64,000 nucleotides of DNA, from NCBI GenBank assembly GCA_964291415.2, contig OZ219918.1:128001-192000 (forward strand). Direction: 5' to 3'. Numbering within the stretch: the stretch's first letter is position 1; the number at the start of each line of letters is the position of its first letter. Shown piece by piece: positions 29,389 to 38,551 of the stretch. A model generated the notes under the pieces. It saw nothing but the letters and a program-made list of their open reading frames with translations, was not told the DNA's origin and made no database searches. Both the position numbers and the translations under genes were made by a program. The stretch is from Alphaproteobacteria bacterium (lineage in GTDB: Bacteria > Pseudomonadota > Alphaproteobacteria > SP197).

Positions 29389-29610
29389 TCAGGCCACGAG
29401 CGCGGGAATCTCGTCGTCTTCGGGGAAGCGGCCGAGGTCGAGCTTCGAGAACAGGACCTCATCTCCCCTGGTGATCTCGAAGGACCCGGTTCGTCCTCCA
29501 AAGATCTCGACGTCGCCTGCACCTGCACTGATGAGCTGATCCCTCGCACGGAGCGCTCGTGGCTCATAGTTTCAGGAGCGGCAGTATTCAATTCTGATCG
29601 CGTCACTCAT
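29389..29610 (-). CDS. SelW/SelT/SelH (Rdx)-family selenoprotein with CxxU motif
   Basis: Manual translation gives MSDAIRIEYCRS(U)NYEPRALRARDQL...GGRTGSFEIT...LFSKLDLGRFPEDDEI; in-frame TGA at 29572-29574; a hairpin follows immediately. Confidence 0.85.
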
Positions 29611-29668
29611 GGGTCTTTCCCGTTCCGACGGCATCATCCTAGATCACTGTCGCCCGATGATCCAAGGG

Positions 29669-32083
29669 TCAGCCAAGGAGACGCTTGTTGTCGGGGTCGA
29701 ACGGCGCCTTCGGGGCAATGCGCGCCTGTCGCAGTTCGCCGAGAATCTCGACGCGGAGCGGCGATGCGGGGTCGATCCCGGGATCGAGATAAGCCAGCGC
29801 GATCGATTGTCCCACATGATGACCGAAGCCCCCCGAGGATACCGTTCCCACCACCTCGCCGTTCATCAGGACCGGCTCGTTTCCCCAGGCGTCGGCATCG
29901 TCGGCATCGACGAGGAGGGTCGCAAGCTGGTAGCGGGGCCCCTGGTTGTGCGCCTTGCGAAGCGCGTCACGGCCGATGAAGTCACCCTTGTCCATGGCAA
30001 CGAAGCGCCCGAGTCCCGCTTCGAAGGGCGTCGTGTCGGCGGTGAATTCCGCACCCCAGCGTCCGTAGCCCTTCTCGAGCCGCAGGGAATCGAGGGCCCT
30101 TGCTCCGCAGGGGATCAGGTCGAGATCCTTGCCCTCTGCCATGAGGGCGCCATGGAGGGACCGCAAGTCGTCGCGCCCCACGTGGATTTCGTATCCGAGA
30201 TCGCCCGTGAAGGCGATGCGCATGACGAAGGCCGGCAGACCGGCGATCTCCATGTCGCGCGCCGCCAGGAACGGGAATGCGGCATTCGAGACGTCCTCAT
30301 GCGCAAGGCGCCCGAGGAGTGTCCGGGCGTTGGGCCCGGCAATGGCAAAGCCGCCGTAGTCCGCGGTGACGCTTCGCAGTGTGACGTCGTGACGGGACAG
30401 GAAGTCCGCGAAGTGGCGCAGGTGGAAGGCCTCGGCAGCACCCGAGCCGACCAGCCAGAACGCCGTATCCGAAAGTCGCGTCACGGTGAAGTCGCCGATG
30501 ATCCCGCCGGCGGCATTGAGCATGGGCGCCAGGACCGTGCGTCCGTGCTTTCGCGGAAGCCGGCAGGTCAGCAGCTGATCGAGGAAGGCGGTCGCCTCCG
30601 GACCCTCGACCTCGTAGCGGGCGAAGCCGGTGATCTCGATCATGCCGACAGTCCGGCGCAGAGCCCGGCATTCACGGCCCACGGCGGTGAACCAGTTGGG
30701 CCGCCGGAAGGAGGGAATGTCGCGCGCCTCCTCTCCGGGATCGGCAAACCACAAGGAGCGCTCGAGACCGAAGGCGGCTCCGAAGACCGCGCCGCTCCGT
30801 GCCAGCAGGTCGTGCACCGGAGATGTCATCACCGGTCGTCCCGACTCGCGTTCCTCCTCCGGCCAGCCGATGGCGAACCGCTTCGAGTAGGTCTCTGCCG
30901 AGCGTGCCAGGACAAAGTTCCGGTCTGCCCAGTCGCCGAAGCGGGTGACATCGAGCGGCATCATGTCCAGCGGCGGCACGCCTTCGAGAATCCACTCGGC
31001 CAGTGCCCAGCCGACGCCGGCGCTCTGGGAGAATCCCGGGATCATGCCGGCGGCGACAAAGTGACCCTTCTTGCCCGGGACGGGACCGACGAGGGCCGCG
31101 CCGTCGGGCGACCACATCATCGGGCCATTGACGACCCGCTTCACCCCGGCGGATCCGAGGCAGGGAACGATGCCGATGGCAGCCTCCATGTTGGCGGAGA
31201 TGCGGTCGATGTCGTCGGGCAGGAGCTCCATGCCGAAGTCGTCCGGCGTGCCGTCAACGGCCCAGTGGACACCGTCGCGCTCATAGCAGCCGATCAGCAT
31301 GCCCTTGCCTTCCTGGCGCATGTAGAATTCGCTGTCCTGGTCGCGGGTCAGCGGGATTTCGCCGTCCACGGCGGCGACTTCGGCGATGTCGTCGGTGACG
31401 ACGTACTGGTGCTCCATGGGAACGAGCGGCAGCGTGTAGCCGGCCATGGCGGCGACCTCCCTCGCCCACAGTCCCGCGGCGTTGACGACCGTTTCGGCGA
31501 CGACCGTGCCCGCGGGCGTGGTGACGTCCCAGTCGCCGTCGCGGCGGCGCGTGAAGCCGGTCACCGGCGTGTTTCTCGCGATGACGCCGCCAGCCTGGCG
31601 CACGCCTTTGGCAAAGGCATGGGTCACGCCGGAAGGATCGACATGGCCGTCGGTCGCCCCCCACATGCCACCCAGAATCCGGCTGGTGTCGACCAGGGGA
31701 TTGAGCCTGCGGATGTCGTCGAGGCCGATGATCTCGAAGTCCTGGCCGAGATAGCGCGCCCGCGCCCGCTGGATCTTCAGTTCGTCGAGGCGGTCCGTGC
31801 TGGTGGCGAGATAGAGGCCGCCACAGCGATGCAGACCGCAGGACTGCCCGGTTTCCTCCTCGAGGCTGTCATAGAGCCTCAGCGAATAGTCCTGCAGGCG
31901 GGCCAGACTGGCGTTGGCGTGCATGGCATGGATGTTGGCGGCGGCATGCCATGTCGATCCCGCCGTCAGGTCGGCACGCTCGAGCAGCAGGACGTCACGG
32001 CAGCCGGCGCGCACCAGGTGCCAGGCGATTGCGCAGCCGACGACACCGCCACCCACAATGACGACACGGGCATGGGACTTCAT
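29669..32083 (-). CDS. Dimethylglycine/sarcosine dehydrogenase-like FAD + GcvT-domain protein
   Basis: GGGVVG, LTAGSTWHAA, DGHVDP, FTGDLGYEIH and SLRLEKGY motifs. Confidence 0.85.
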   Translation of the reverse strand: MKSHARVVIVGGGVVGCAIAWHLVRAGCRDVLLLERADLTAGSTWHAAANIHAMHANASLARLQDYSLRLYDSLEEETGQSCGLHRCGGLYLATSTDRLDELKIQRARARYLGQDFEIIGLDDIRRLNPLVDTSRILGGMWGATDGHVDPSGVTHAFAKGVRQAGGVIARNTPVTGFTRRRDGDWDVTTPAGTVVAETVVNAAGLWAREVAAMAGYTLPLVPMEHQYVVTDDIAEVAAVDGEIPLTRDQDSEFYMRQEGKGMLIGCYERDGVHWAVDGTPDDFGMELLPDDIDRISANMEAAIGIVPCLGSAGVKRVVNGPMMWSPDGAALVGPVPGKKGHFVAAGMIPGFSQSAGVGWALAEWILEGVPPLDMMPLDVTRFGDWADRNFVLARSAETYSKRFAIGWPEEERESGRPVMTSPVHDLLARSGAVFGAAFGLERSLWFADPGEEARDIPSFRRPNWFTAVGRECRALRRTVGMIEITGFARYEVEGPEATAFLDQLLTCRLPRKHGRTVLAPMLNAAGGIIGDFTVTRLSDTAFWLVGSGAAEAFHLRHFADFLSRHDVTLRSVTADYGGFAIAGPNARTLLGRLAHEDVSNAAFPFLAARDMEIAGLPAFVMRIAFTGDLGYEIHVGRDDLRSLHGALMAEGKDLDLIPCGARALDSLRLEKGYGRWGAEFTADTTPFEAGLGRFVAMDKGDFIGRDALRKAHNQGPRYQLATLLVDADDADAWGNEPVLMNGEVVGTVSSGGFGHHVGQSIALAYLDPGIDPASPLRVEILGELRQARIAPKAPFDPDNKRLLG

Positions 32084-32684
32084 CAGGACACTTCCTCAGC
32101 AATGGGGATTCCGGCAACCGCGCAATACTCCGGAGAGAAGGGCAGTGGGTGGCGACGACGCGCATCGTCCTTTCGGCAACCGGTCTGCATCCTGATCGCA
32201 CGACACCAAAGGGGGCACACTACAAGAGATCAACCCGGCGGCAACTCCCTCAGGCTCACTCCCGAAATCGCGATTGCGGCCTTTGATCCGCACCGAACCA
32301 ACAGGGCTGCCTTGATGCGGCCATCCGGAAGGTTGCGCACACGCAGCCGGAAAAGATCACGAAACCCCGGTCGCGTGTCGCCCCTTCGCGACCGTATTCC
32401 TTCATGCGCGCCAGTCAGCCAAAGCTCCCCGCGATGTCGTGGAGAAGGCGCCCGCGGCCACCGGCGGGTCGCAGCGTCCCCATCCCGGCTGTGCGAGCAC
32501 GCTATCGACGCAGACTAATGCCGCCTCGTCCGGCGCCGGCGGATGGACGCTCCCGGGGGTGTGTCAACACGCGGAGCACGTTACTCAGTGACAGTTCGAA
32601 AAGACCGATCCTGCCCCGTCCCGCCGCCGCCTCGGTCCAACGGTCGCGGCAGTGCGCTGAAGGCGGATACGAGGACCTGGGGCT

Positions 32685-32924
32685 TCAGGGATCTGCGTCC
32701 ATGATGTTCCGAAGCGCGACACCTTTCGTCAGATCAACGTCCGGCTGCACGCCTTGCCCGTCGAACACCGGGATTGGTGGCGTACCTCCACCGGCGGCAG
32801 CGGGATCTGCGAGAAGTTGCCGAAGCGCCTGCTCGAATGCGGCCTTCAGCGTCATGGACTCGCCTGCCGCATGGGACTTGACGGCCCGCAGCAGTTCGTC
32901 GTCGACGTCTACGGTCACTTTCAT
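32685..32924 (-). CDS. VapB/CopG-like RHH antitoxin, apparently orphan
   Basis: MKVTVDVDDELLRAVK..AA...TL....EQALR...PVF.G.G..PDVDL. Confidence 0.65.
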   Translation of the reverse strand: MKVTVDVDDELLRAVKSHAAGESMTLKAAFEQALRQLLADPAAAGGGTPPIPVFDGQGVQPDVDLTKGVALRNIMDADP

Positions 32925-33385
32925 GTGTGGATATGTAGCAGAAAGCGTGCCTCTGCGCAGACGATGCCTCCCGCGTGACGTCTCCGCGTTCCCGCCGGAC
33001 TGGTCCACGTCGACGTGTGCGGGCTGGAAGATGACCTGCAGCAGTCATCGTTCCGCGAGGTGATCGATGAACCGAGTGACCCGCTCCTGCCGTTCCGCTG
33101 TCGGGGAGGTCTGTCAACGGATCATGGACGCGGGGCATGGGCACGGTACGACCGTTGCCGACGTGTGATGTCGCCTGCCAGCCGTGCGAGGACGTCGCTT
33201 TCCGGTCGGCCGGGACGTGTCTCGACACCATTCCGGAAATCTGTGACGGGTATCGTCCGCAGCCTTTGAATTGCGCCTGATCGCAAGCCGAACGTTTCCA
33301 CGACGGGCAGCACATGCTTCTGGCGACACCCCGCGAGCCCGTGCATAGTGACGTTCTCGACCGGAACCGGCACACGGAGGCGCAG

Positions 33386-34378
33386 ATGGCGGACTACAGC
33401 AGCTTGAAGGCGAGATTGCGCGACAGGGAGGTCATCATTCTCGATGGGGCGGTCGGCACCCAGCTCCAGGCGACGGGCGTGCCCATGGACCCCTATTGCT
33501 GGGCGGCAATCGGCAACCACACCCACCCCTCCACGGTGCAGAAGATGCACGAGGACTACATTCGCGCCGGCGCCGACGTGATCACCACGAACACCTATTC
33601 CGCGGCCCGCCACAACTACGAATCGGCGGGTCTCGGCGACCTCGTGATCGAACTGAACATCCGCGCCGTGCAGTTGGCGCAACAGGCGCGGGAACGTGTC
33701 GCCGACCGGCCGGTGTACATCGCCGGCTCGGTTTCGAACTTCGGCGCCTGGAGCGAGTCCGAGTACCAGTGGTTCAGAAAGTCAGCTCCTTCCTCCGGGG
33801 GATCGGGACTGCGGTCACGCAGCCTCATCACGGAGGTGCAGGCACGACGCAATGTGGCCGAGCAGGTGGCCATTCTCGTCGATGCCGGGGTAGACCTTCT
33901 GATCGCGGAAGCGACGGGCAACGAGATCCAGCGCGAGTGGGTTCTGGAAGCGGTCACGGATGCCGGCATACCCTACTGGGCCGGCTTCAAGTGTCACGTC
34001 AACGAGGGAGAGGCGGAGCCCCGCTCCGGCTACATGTCCGATAGCCTGCTTTCCGAGGAGCTGGACGCGCGACTTCCCCTTGATGCCGACGTCCTGTGCA
34101 TCTTCCATTCGACAATCGAGGACACGGACCAGGCCATACCGGTGGTACGCTCGAAGTGGAAAGGCACGCTCGGTGCCTATCCCGAGGCGGGGCGCAAGGA
34201 CTACGTACAGGCATTCGCGGATCGCAACAGCGAGAACCCGCACACGATCGACGAGTGGGTGGCGACCGCCAGGCGATGGACCGACAACGGGGTGCAGGTG
34301 ATCGGTGGCTGTTGCGGCATGGGACTCGATCACATCCGTGCCCTCGATGGGCAACTGCCCCGACGACTGGCTGCCTGA
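33386..34378 (+). CDS. Homocysteine S-methyltransferase family protein
   Basis: ILDGAVGTQL, HEDYIRAGADVITTNTY and IGGCCG motifs; GGAGG RBS. Confidence 0.85.
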   Translation: MADYSSLKARLRDREVIILDGAVGTQLQATGVPMDPYCWAAIGNHTHPSTVQKMHEDYIRAGADVITTNTYSAARHNYESAGLGDLVIELNIRAVQLAQQARERVADRPVYIAGSVSNFGAWSESEYQWFRKSAPSSGGSGLRSRSLITEVQARRNVAEQVAILVDAGVDLLIAEATGNEIQREWVLEAVTDAGIPYWAGFKCHVNEGEAEPRSGYMSDSLLSEELDARLPLDADVLCIFHSTIEDTDQAIPVVRSKWKGTLGAYPEAGRKDYVQAFADRNSENPHTIDEWVATARRWTDNGVQVIGGCCGMGLDHIRALDGQLPRRLAA

Positions 34379-34708
34379 ACGACCGCTGCGCTACCACTTG
34401 GCCCGCAGGAGTGATCCGGCCTGGTCCGTTTTCCGTTGCCTGAAGTCCCCGGGAAGCACGGTGTTGCAGGAGTCCCGTTCTGGCCGTCGGGTTCCGGCTG
34501 ATGAGGATCACGTTCCGGTCAGACGCCAACAGGGCATGCTATGCCGATTCCGTCGCCAGGACGGCGCGCTCGAACACTGATGCGTCCGGACAGCCCGAGC
34601 GGATCCGGTGTCAAGCGCCGCCACCGCCGACACGGGCACGGGTCTTCACGGGAGCGCTGCCACGGCAGGATTGCCAGGAGATTGGTGGTGTCGCACCACA
34701 AGGGGGGA

Positions 34709-34885
34709 TCAGGGCGAGGTGCCCCGTCCCTTCATGAACCGGCTGATGAGAAAGGCGGTCCAGGCGATCCACACCACGAGAGCACCCCAGAGATCGACGT
34801 GTGGCTCGATGAATCTCAGCCACAGGAGGACGATCAGAACCAGCCCTGCGATGCTGTAGAACACCATGTCGCCGAACTCCAGCAT
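34709..34885 (-). CDS. Small two-TM accessory membrane protein of the sugar ABC operon (DUF2160/GlpU-like)
   Basis: MLEFGDMVFYSIAGLVLIVLLWLRF...; its ATG overlaps the permease stop (TGATG). Confidence 0.55.
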   Translation of the reverse strand: MLEFGDMVFYSIAGLVLIVLLWLRFIEPHVDLWGALVVWIAWTAFLISRFMKGRGTSP

Positions 34886-35724
34886 CACTTCACCGCGCCG
34901 AAGGTCAGCCCGCGCGTGAGGTGGCGCTGGATGAACCAGATCATGATGAGCACCGGGATCGACACCACCACCGACGCGGCCGCCAGTTGCCCCCAGTAGG
35001 TGCCGTGCGGTGTGACAAGACCGGGAAACGCTGCAGGCAGGGTCTGCGCACCGGTACCGCCGATCATGAAGGCGAAGAGAAACTCGTTCCATGCGAAAAG
35101 GAAGGAGATCATGGCGGTCACGGCAATTCCCGGGCGCGCCAGTGGCAGAATGATGCGCGTGAAGACCTGCCATTCTCCGGCTCCCTCGGTCAGCGCCGCC
35201 TCGTCGAGTTCGCGTGGTATGTCGTTGAAGAAGTTGCGCATCAGGTAGACGACGAGGGCTAGATTGAACGTGGTCTGGGCGACGGTGACGGCGGTCAGTG
35301 TTCCGAGCAGTCCGATCGACTGGAAGAACATGTAGAGGGGCAGCACGAGTGCGATGCCCGGTGCCATGCGCGTGGTCAGCACGTAGAAGTAGACGTGCTT
35401 TTCGCCATAGACCCGGAACCGCGAGAAGGCATAGGCCGCCGGGAGTCCGAGAACCAGGCACAGCAACGTGCTCGCGCTCGCCGTCACCAGGGAGTTGATG
35501 AGATTGGTCGTGAACGGACCGATGACAAATGCCTCGTGAAAGTTGCTCAGGGTGGGTGAGAACAGGATCTTCGGCACCGGCGACATGACATCGGTACGAT
35601 GCTTGAACGCCGTCACCATGAGCCACAGGAAGGGAGCCAGTGCGGCCGCCGTCACCACCCAAATGACGGCAAGTTCCAGCCGGTCGAGAAGGCGTACTCC
35701 TTTCTTGCGGGTCAGTACGCTCAT
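34885..35724 (-). CDS. Carbohydrate ABC transporter permease
   Basis: PTLSNF, DIPRELDEAALTEGA and FLFAWNEF motifs. Confidence 0.9.
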   Translation of the reverse strand: MSVLTRKKGVRLLDRLELAVIWVVTAAALAPFLWLMVTAFKHRTDVMSPVPKILFSPTLSNFHEAFVIGPFTTNLINSLVTASASTLLCLVLGLPAAYAFSRFRVYGEKHVYFYVLTTRMAPGIALVLPLYMFFQSIGLLGTLTAVTVAQTTFNLALVVYLMRNFFNDIPRELDEAALTEGAGEWQVFTRIILPLARPGIAVTAMISFLFAWNEFLFAFMIGGTGAQTLPAAFPGLVTPHGTYWGQLAAASVVVSIPVLIMIWFIQRHLTRGLTFGAVK

Positions 35725-36602
35725 GCCTTGCCGCCCGACATGCGGTTGATCAGCTTCATGACCGTGAACGTCATGACGAAGCTGATGAAGAACAGCAGTG
35801 CCACCACGGCCGAGCCATAGCCGAGATTCCAGAACGCGAAATTCACCTTGTAGGCGAAGATGGTGAGGAGCTCCGTGGCCGCACCCGGCCCGCCACCGGT
35901 CATGATGAACACCTGATCGAAGACCTTGAAGGCATCCGTGAGACGCAGCAGGAGAACCACGCCGATGATCGGTTGCAGCATCGGCAGGGTGATCCGCCGG
36001 AACATGTGCCAGCGCGAGGCGCCGTCGACCACCGCGGCCTCATACGGTTCGCGCGGCATGCCGATGATGGCGGCCAGGAAGATCATGGTGACGAAGGGAG
36101 TCCACTGCCAGACATCGACCGCAACGATGGTCAGGAAGGCGTTGAACGGTGTTCCCAGCAACCCCTCGGGCGCGATACCCATTTCCCTCAGCATGATGCC
36201 GAGAAGGCCGAAGTCCGGATTGAGATTGAGACGGGCGACGAGACCGACCACCACGGGCGCCAGGACCATGGGAATCAGCAACAGCGGCATGACGATGCGC
36301 TTCAGCACCATGTGGTAGGAGATCAGCACCGCGAGTGCGAGGCCGGCGACGAATTCCACGGGCAGCGCGATCAGCATGTAGAGCAGCGTCACGCTGACAC
36401 CGTGGAAGAGATCGTCGTCGAAGACCGCCTTGCGGTAGTTGTCGAGACCGATGAACTGACCGTTCTTTCCGGGTTGGGTGTAGCTGAGATGGTGGACGGA
36501 CTGGTCGAGCATGACGAGAAACGGCCACAGTTCGATGATGAGAAGAAAGGCCATCATCGGCACGAGCCACTGCCAGCCACCCCATGATGTCTTGCGTGTC
36601 AT
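35721..36602 (-). CDS. Carbohydrate ABC transporter permease
   Basis: FIGLDNY, DVWQWTPF, YEAAVVDGA and TGGGPG motifs. Confidence 0.9.
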   Translation of the reverse strand: MTRKTSWGGWQWLVPMMAFLLIIELWPFLVMLDQSVHHLSYTQPGKNGQFIGLDNYRKAVFDDDLFHGVSVTLLYMLIALPVEFVAGLALAVLISYHMVLKRIVMPLLLIPMVLAPVVVGLVARLNLNPDFGLLGIMLREMGIAPEGLLGTPFNAFLTIVAVDVWQWTPFVTMIFLAAIIGMPREPYEAAVVDGASRWHMFRRITLPMLQPIIGVVLLLRLTDAFKVFDQVFIMTGGGPGAATELLTIFAYKVNFAFWNLGYGSAVVALLFFISFVMTFTVMKLINRMSGGKA

Positions 36603-37708
36603 GCGCGAATTCCCTCGATGGCCCGGCCGGACGACCGGTCGAAGAGCTTCAATTCCTCGAGGTTGACGTCGAAGGAAAGCGTCTCGCCTTCTCGCACTGT
36701 CCGGGGACGCACCATCTTGGCGATGGCCTCGCTGGGGCCGAAGTTCACGAAGAGCAGAGTTTCGCTGCCCAGAGGCTCAACGATGTTGACGACGCTTTCG
36801 AAGACCGCGCCCTCTCGTGGCGGGATACCGTGGCCTTGGGGGGAGATGTCGTCTGCCCGCAGACCGATCACGACTTCGTGGCCCGTTTCCACATGCGCCG
36901 CCAGGTGCCCGGGAACCGGCAACTGCCAGTCTGAATCCACCCGGAGGATCCTGCCGTCGTCGGTGTCGGCGACGACGCCGTCGAACATGTTCATGGGCGG
37001 TGATCCGATGAACCTGGCAACGAAGGTGTTGGCCGGATAGTGGAAGATGTCGTCCGGGGCGCCGATCTGCTCGACCTTGCCGGCACGCATGATGACGACG
37101 CGGTCGGCCAGCGTCATGGCCTCGACCTGATCGTGGGTGACGTAGACCACCGTGGTCTCCACCTTCCTGTGCAGGCGCTTGATCTCGGTGCGCATCTGGG
37201 TGCGCAACTGGGCGTCGAGGTTGGAGAGCGGCTCGTCGAACAGGAACACGTCCGGATGACGAACGATGGCCCGTCCCATGGCAACACGCTGACGCTCGCC
37301 GCCGGAAAGTTGGGCCGGCTGACGGTCGAGAAGTTCGTCAAGACCGAGAATGTCGGCGGCTTCCGCCACCTTGAGATCGATCTCCCGGCGCGGCACGCGC
37401 GCGAGTGTCAGACCGAATGCCAGGTTCTCCCGCACGGACATGTGGGGATAGAGAGCGTAGTTCTGGAATACCATGGCCACGTTGCGCATGCGCGGCGGTT
37501 CGTCGTTCACCACCCTGTCGCCTATGTGGATGCTGCCGCTCGAGATTTCCTCCAGTCCGGCAATCATGCGCAGGGTGGTCGACTTGCCGCACCCCGAAGG
37601 TCCGACGAGAACGACAAACTCGTTGTGATCGATCTCGAGATCGATCTCGCGGACGGCGACCACGTCACCGTAGACCTTCGAAACGTTCTCAAGCAGCACC
37701 TTCGCCAT
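36599..37708 (-). CDS. Carbohydrate ABC ATP-binding protein (MalK/UgpC-like)
   Basis: GPSGCGKST, LSGGERQRVAMGR, FDEPLSNLDA and FIGSPPMN motifs. Confidence 0.9.
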   Translation of the reverse strand: MAKVLLENVSKVYGDVVAVREIDLEIDHNEFVVLVGPSGCGKSTTLRMIAGLEEISSGSIHIGDRVVNDEPPRMRNVAMVFQNYALYPHMSVRENLAFGLTLARVPRREIDLKVAEAADILGLDELLDRQPAQLSGGERQRVAMGRAIVRHPDVFLFDEPLSNLDAQLRTQMRTEIKRLHRKVETTVVYVTHDQVEAMTLADRVVIMRAGKVEQIGAPDDIFHYPANTFVARFIGSPPMNMFDGVVADTDDGRILRVDSDWQLPVPGHLAAHVETGHEVVIGLRADDISPQGHGIPPREGAVFESVVNIVEPLGSETLLFVNFGPSEAIAKMVRPRTVREGETLSFDVNLEELKLFDRSSGRAIEGIRA

Positions 37709-37729
37709 GGCGATTCTCCCGGTGAAGCG

Positions 37730-38410
37730 TCAGCCACCGGCCCCCCTGCATGCATCGAGGACGTCACGGAGTTGCGATGTCAGCGCCCCCTTGCGTGGCG
37801 AGAATGCGCCCTCGAGTGCTGCCGTGCCAATGGTGAATGCATCGCCTCCGGCCTCGGCCACTGCCAGGATACGCTCCGAAGAGTCGATGCTGCCGGCGAC
37901 CACGACCTCGCCCGGAGTGCCCGCGCGGGCGGCCCGCACCAGGTCGAGGGGGTCGCACTCGGTAGCGCGATAGGCGAGGAGATCGACACCGGCACATCCC
38001 ATGTCGGCGAAGCGTCGGCAGTCCTCCTCGATCATTCTGGCAGTTCCGCCAAGTCTCGTGGGATGTCCTTCCGGACGGCCGGGGAACGGCAGGTAAGCGA
38101 TGCCGCTGCCGTCAAGTATCTCCAGAGTGTCTTCGACATCGGTGCCGCCGAGCAGGCGGTCCACACCGAGCGCCCGCGCTGTTCTCGCCGATTCGAGCGA
38201 GGCCTCACGTGAGGTGCTGACCACCTCCATGTAGCTGATCGCGCCGGATTCCCTGATGGACCGGTTGAGTGTTTCCAGAGTGGTCTTGTCGACCCCGACA
38301 TCCTTGAATCCCACGTGACCAAGACCGAGGTCGCGGATACCGTCGAAGACATCGAGGCAATCGACGATGGTCTGGTCGTGCCGGGTGAGCATGAAGATGA
38401 AATCGATCAT
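37730..38410 (-). CDS. Uncharacterised (beta/alpha)8 phosphate-binding barrel protein
   Basis: MIDFIFMLTRHD...GFKDVG, LLGGT, VDLLAYR, and VVAGSID...FTIGTA, resembling the beta7/beta8 phosphate-binding motif. Confidence 0.6.
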   Translation of the reverse strand: MIDFIFMLTRHDQTIVDCLDVFDGIRDLGLGHVGFKDVGVDKTTLETLNRSIRESGAISYMEVVSTSREASLESARTARALGVDRLLGGTDVEDTLEILDGSGIAYLPFPGRPEGHPTRLGGTARMIEEDCRRFADMGCAGVDLLAYRATECDPLDLVRAARAGTPGEVVVAGSIDSSERILAVAEAGGDAFTIGTAALEGAFSPRKGALTSQLRDVLDACRGAGG

Positions 38411-38551
38411 GACGGTGTCGGTCCTACTCCGGACCGGCAACTTGCCAGACACATCATCGATATGGCAACCGCCACGGCCGCTGTTCTATTGGTGAAAATG
38501 GCCAATTCCGCTATGGTCCGTCCGATTGCGATGACCGAAGAAGAGGTGATG

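Noticed and set aside
32090-32300. Glycine riboswitch upstream of the GcvT-family gene
   Set aside because: GGAGAG, GCCGAAAGG and CTCAGG fragments are not in the right order on one strand.
27961-32518. Long plus-strand ORFs (672 aa and 969 aa)
   Set aside because: Antisense shadows of the minus-strand oxidoreductases, as expected in high-GC DNA; no recognisable motifs.
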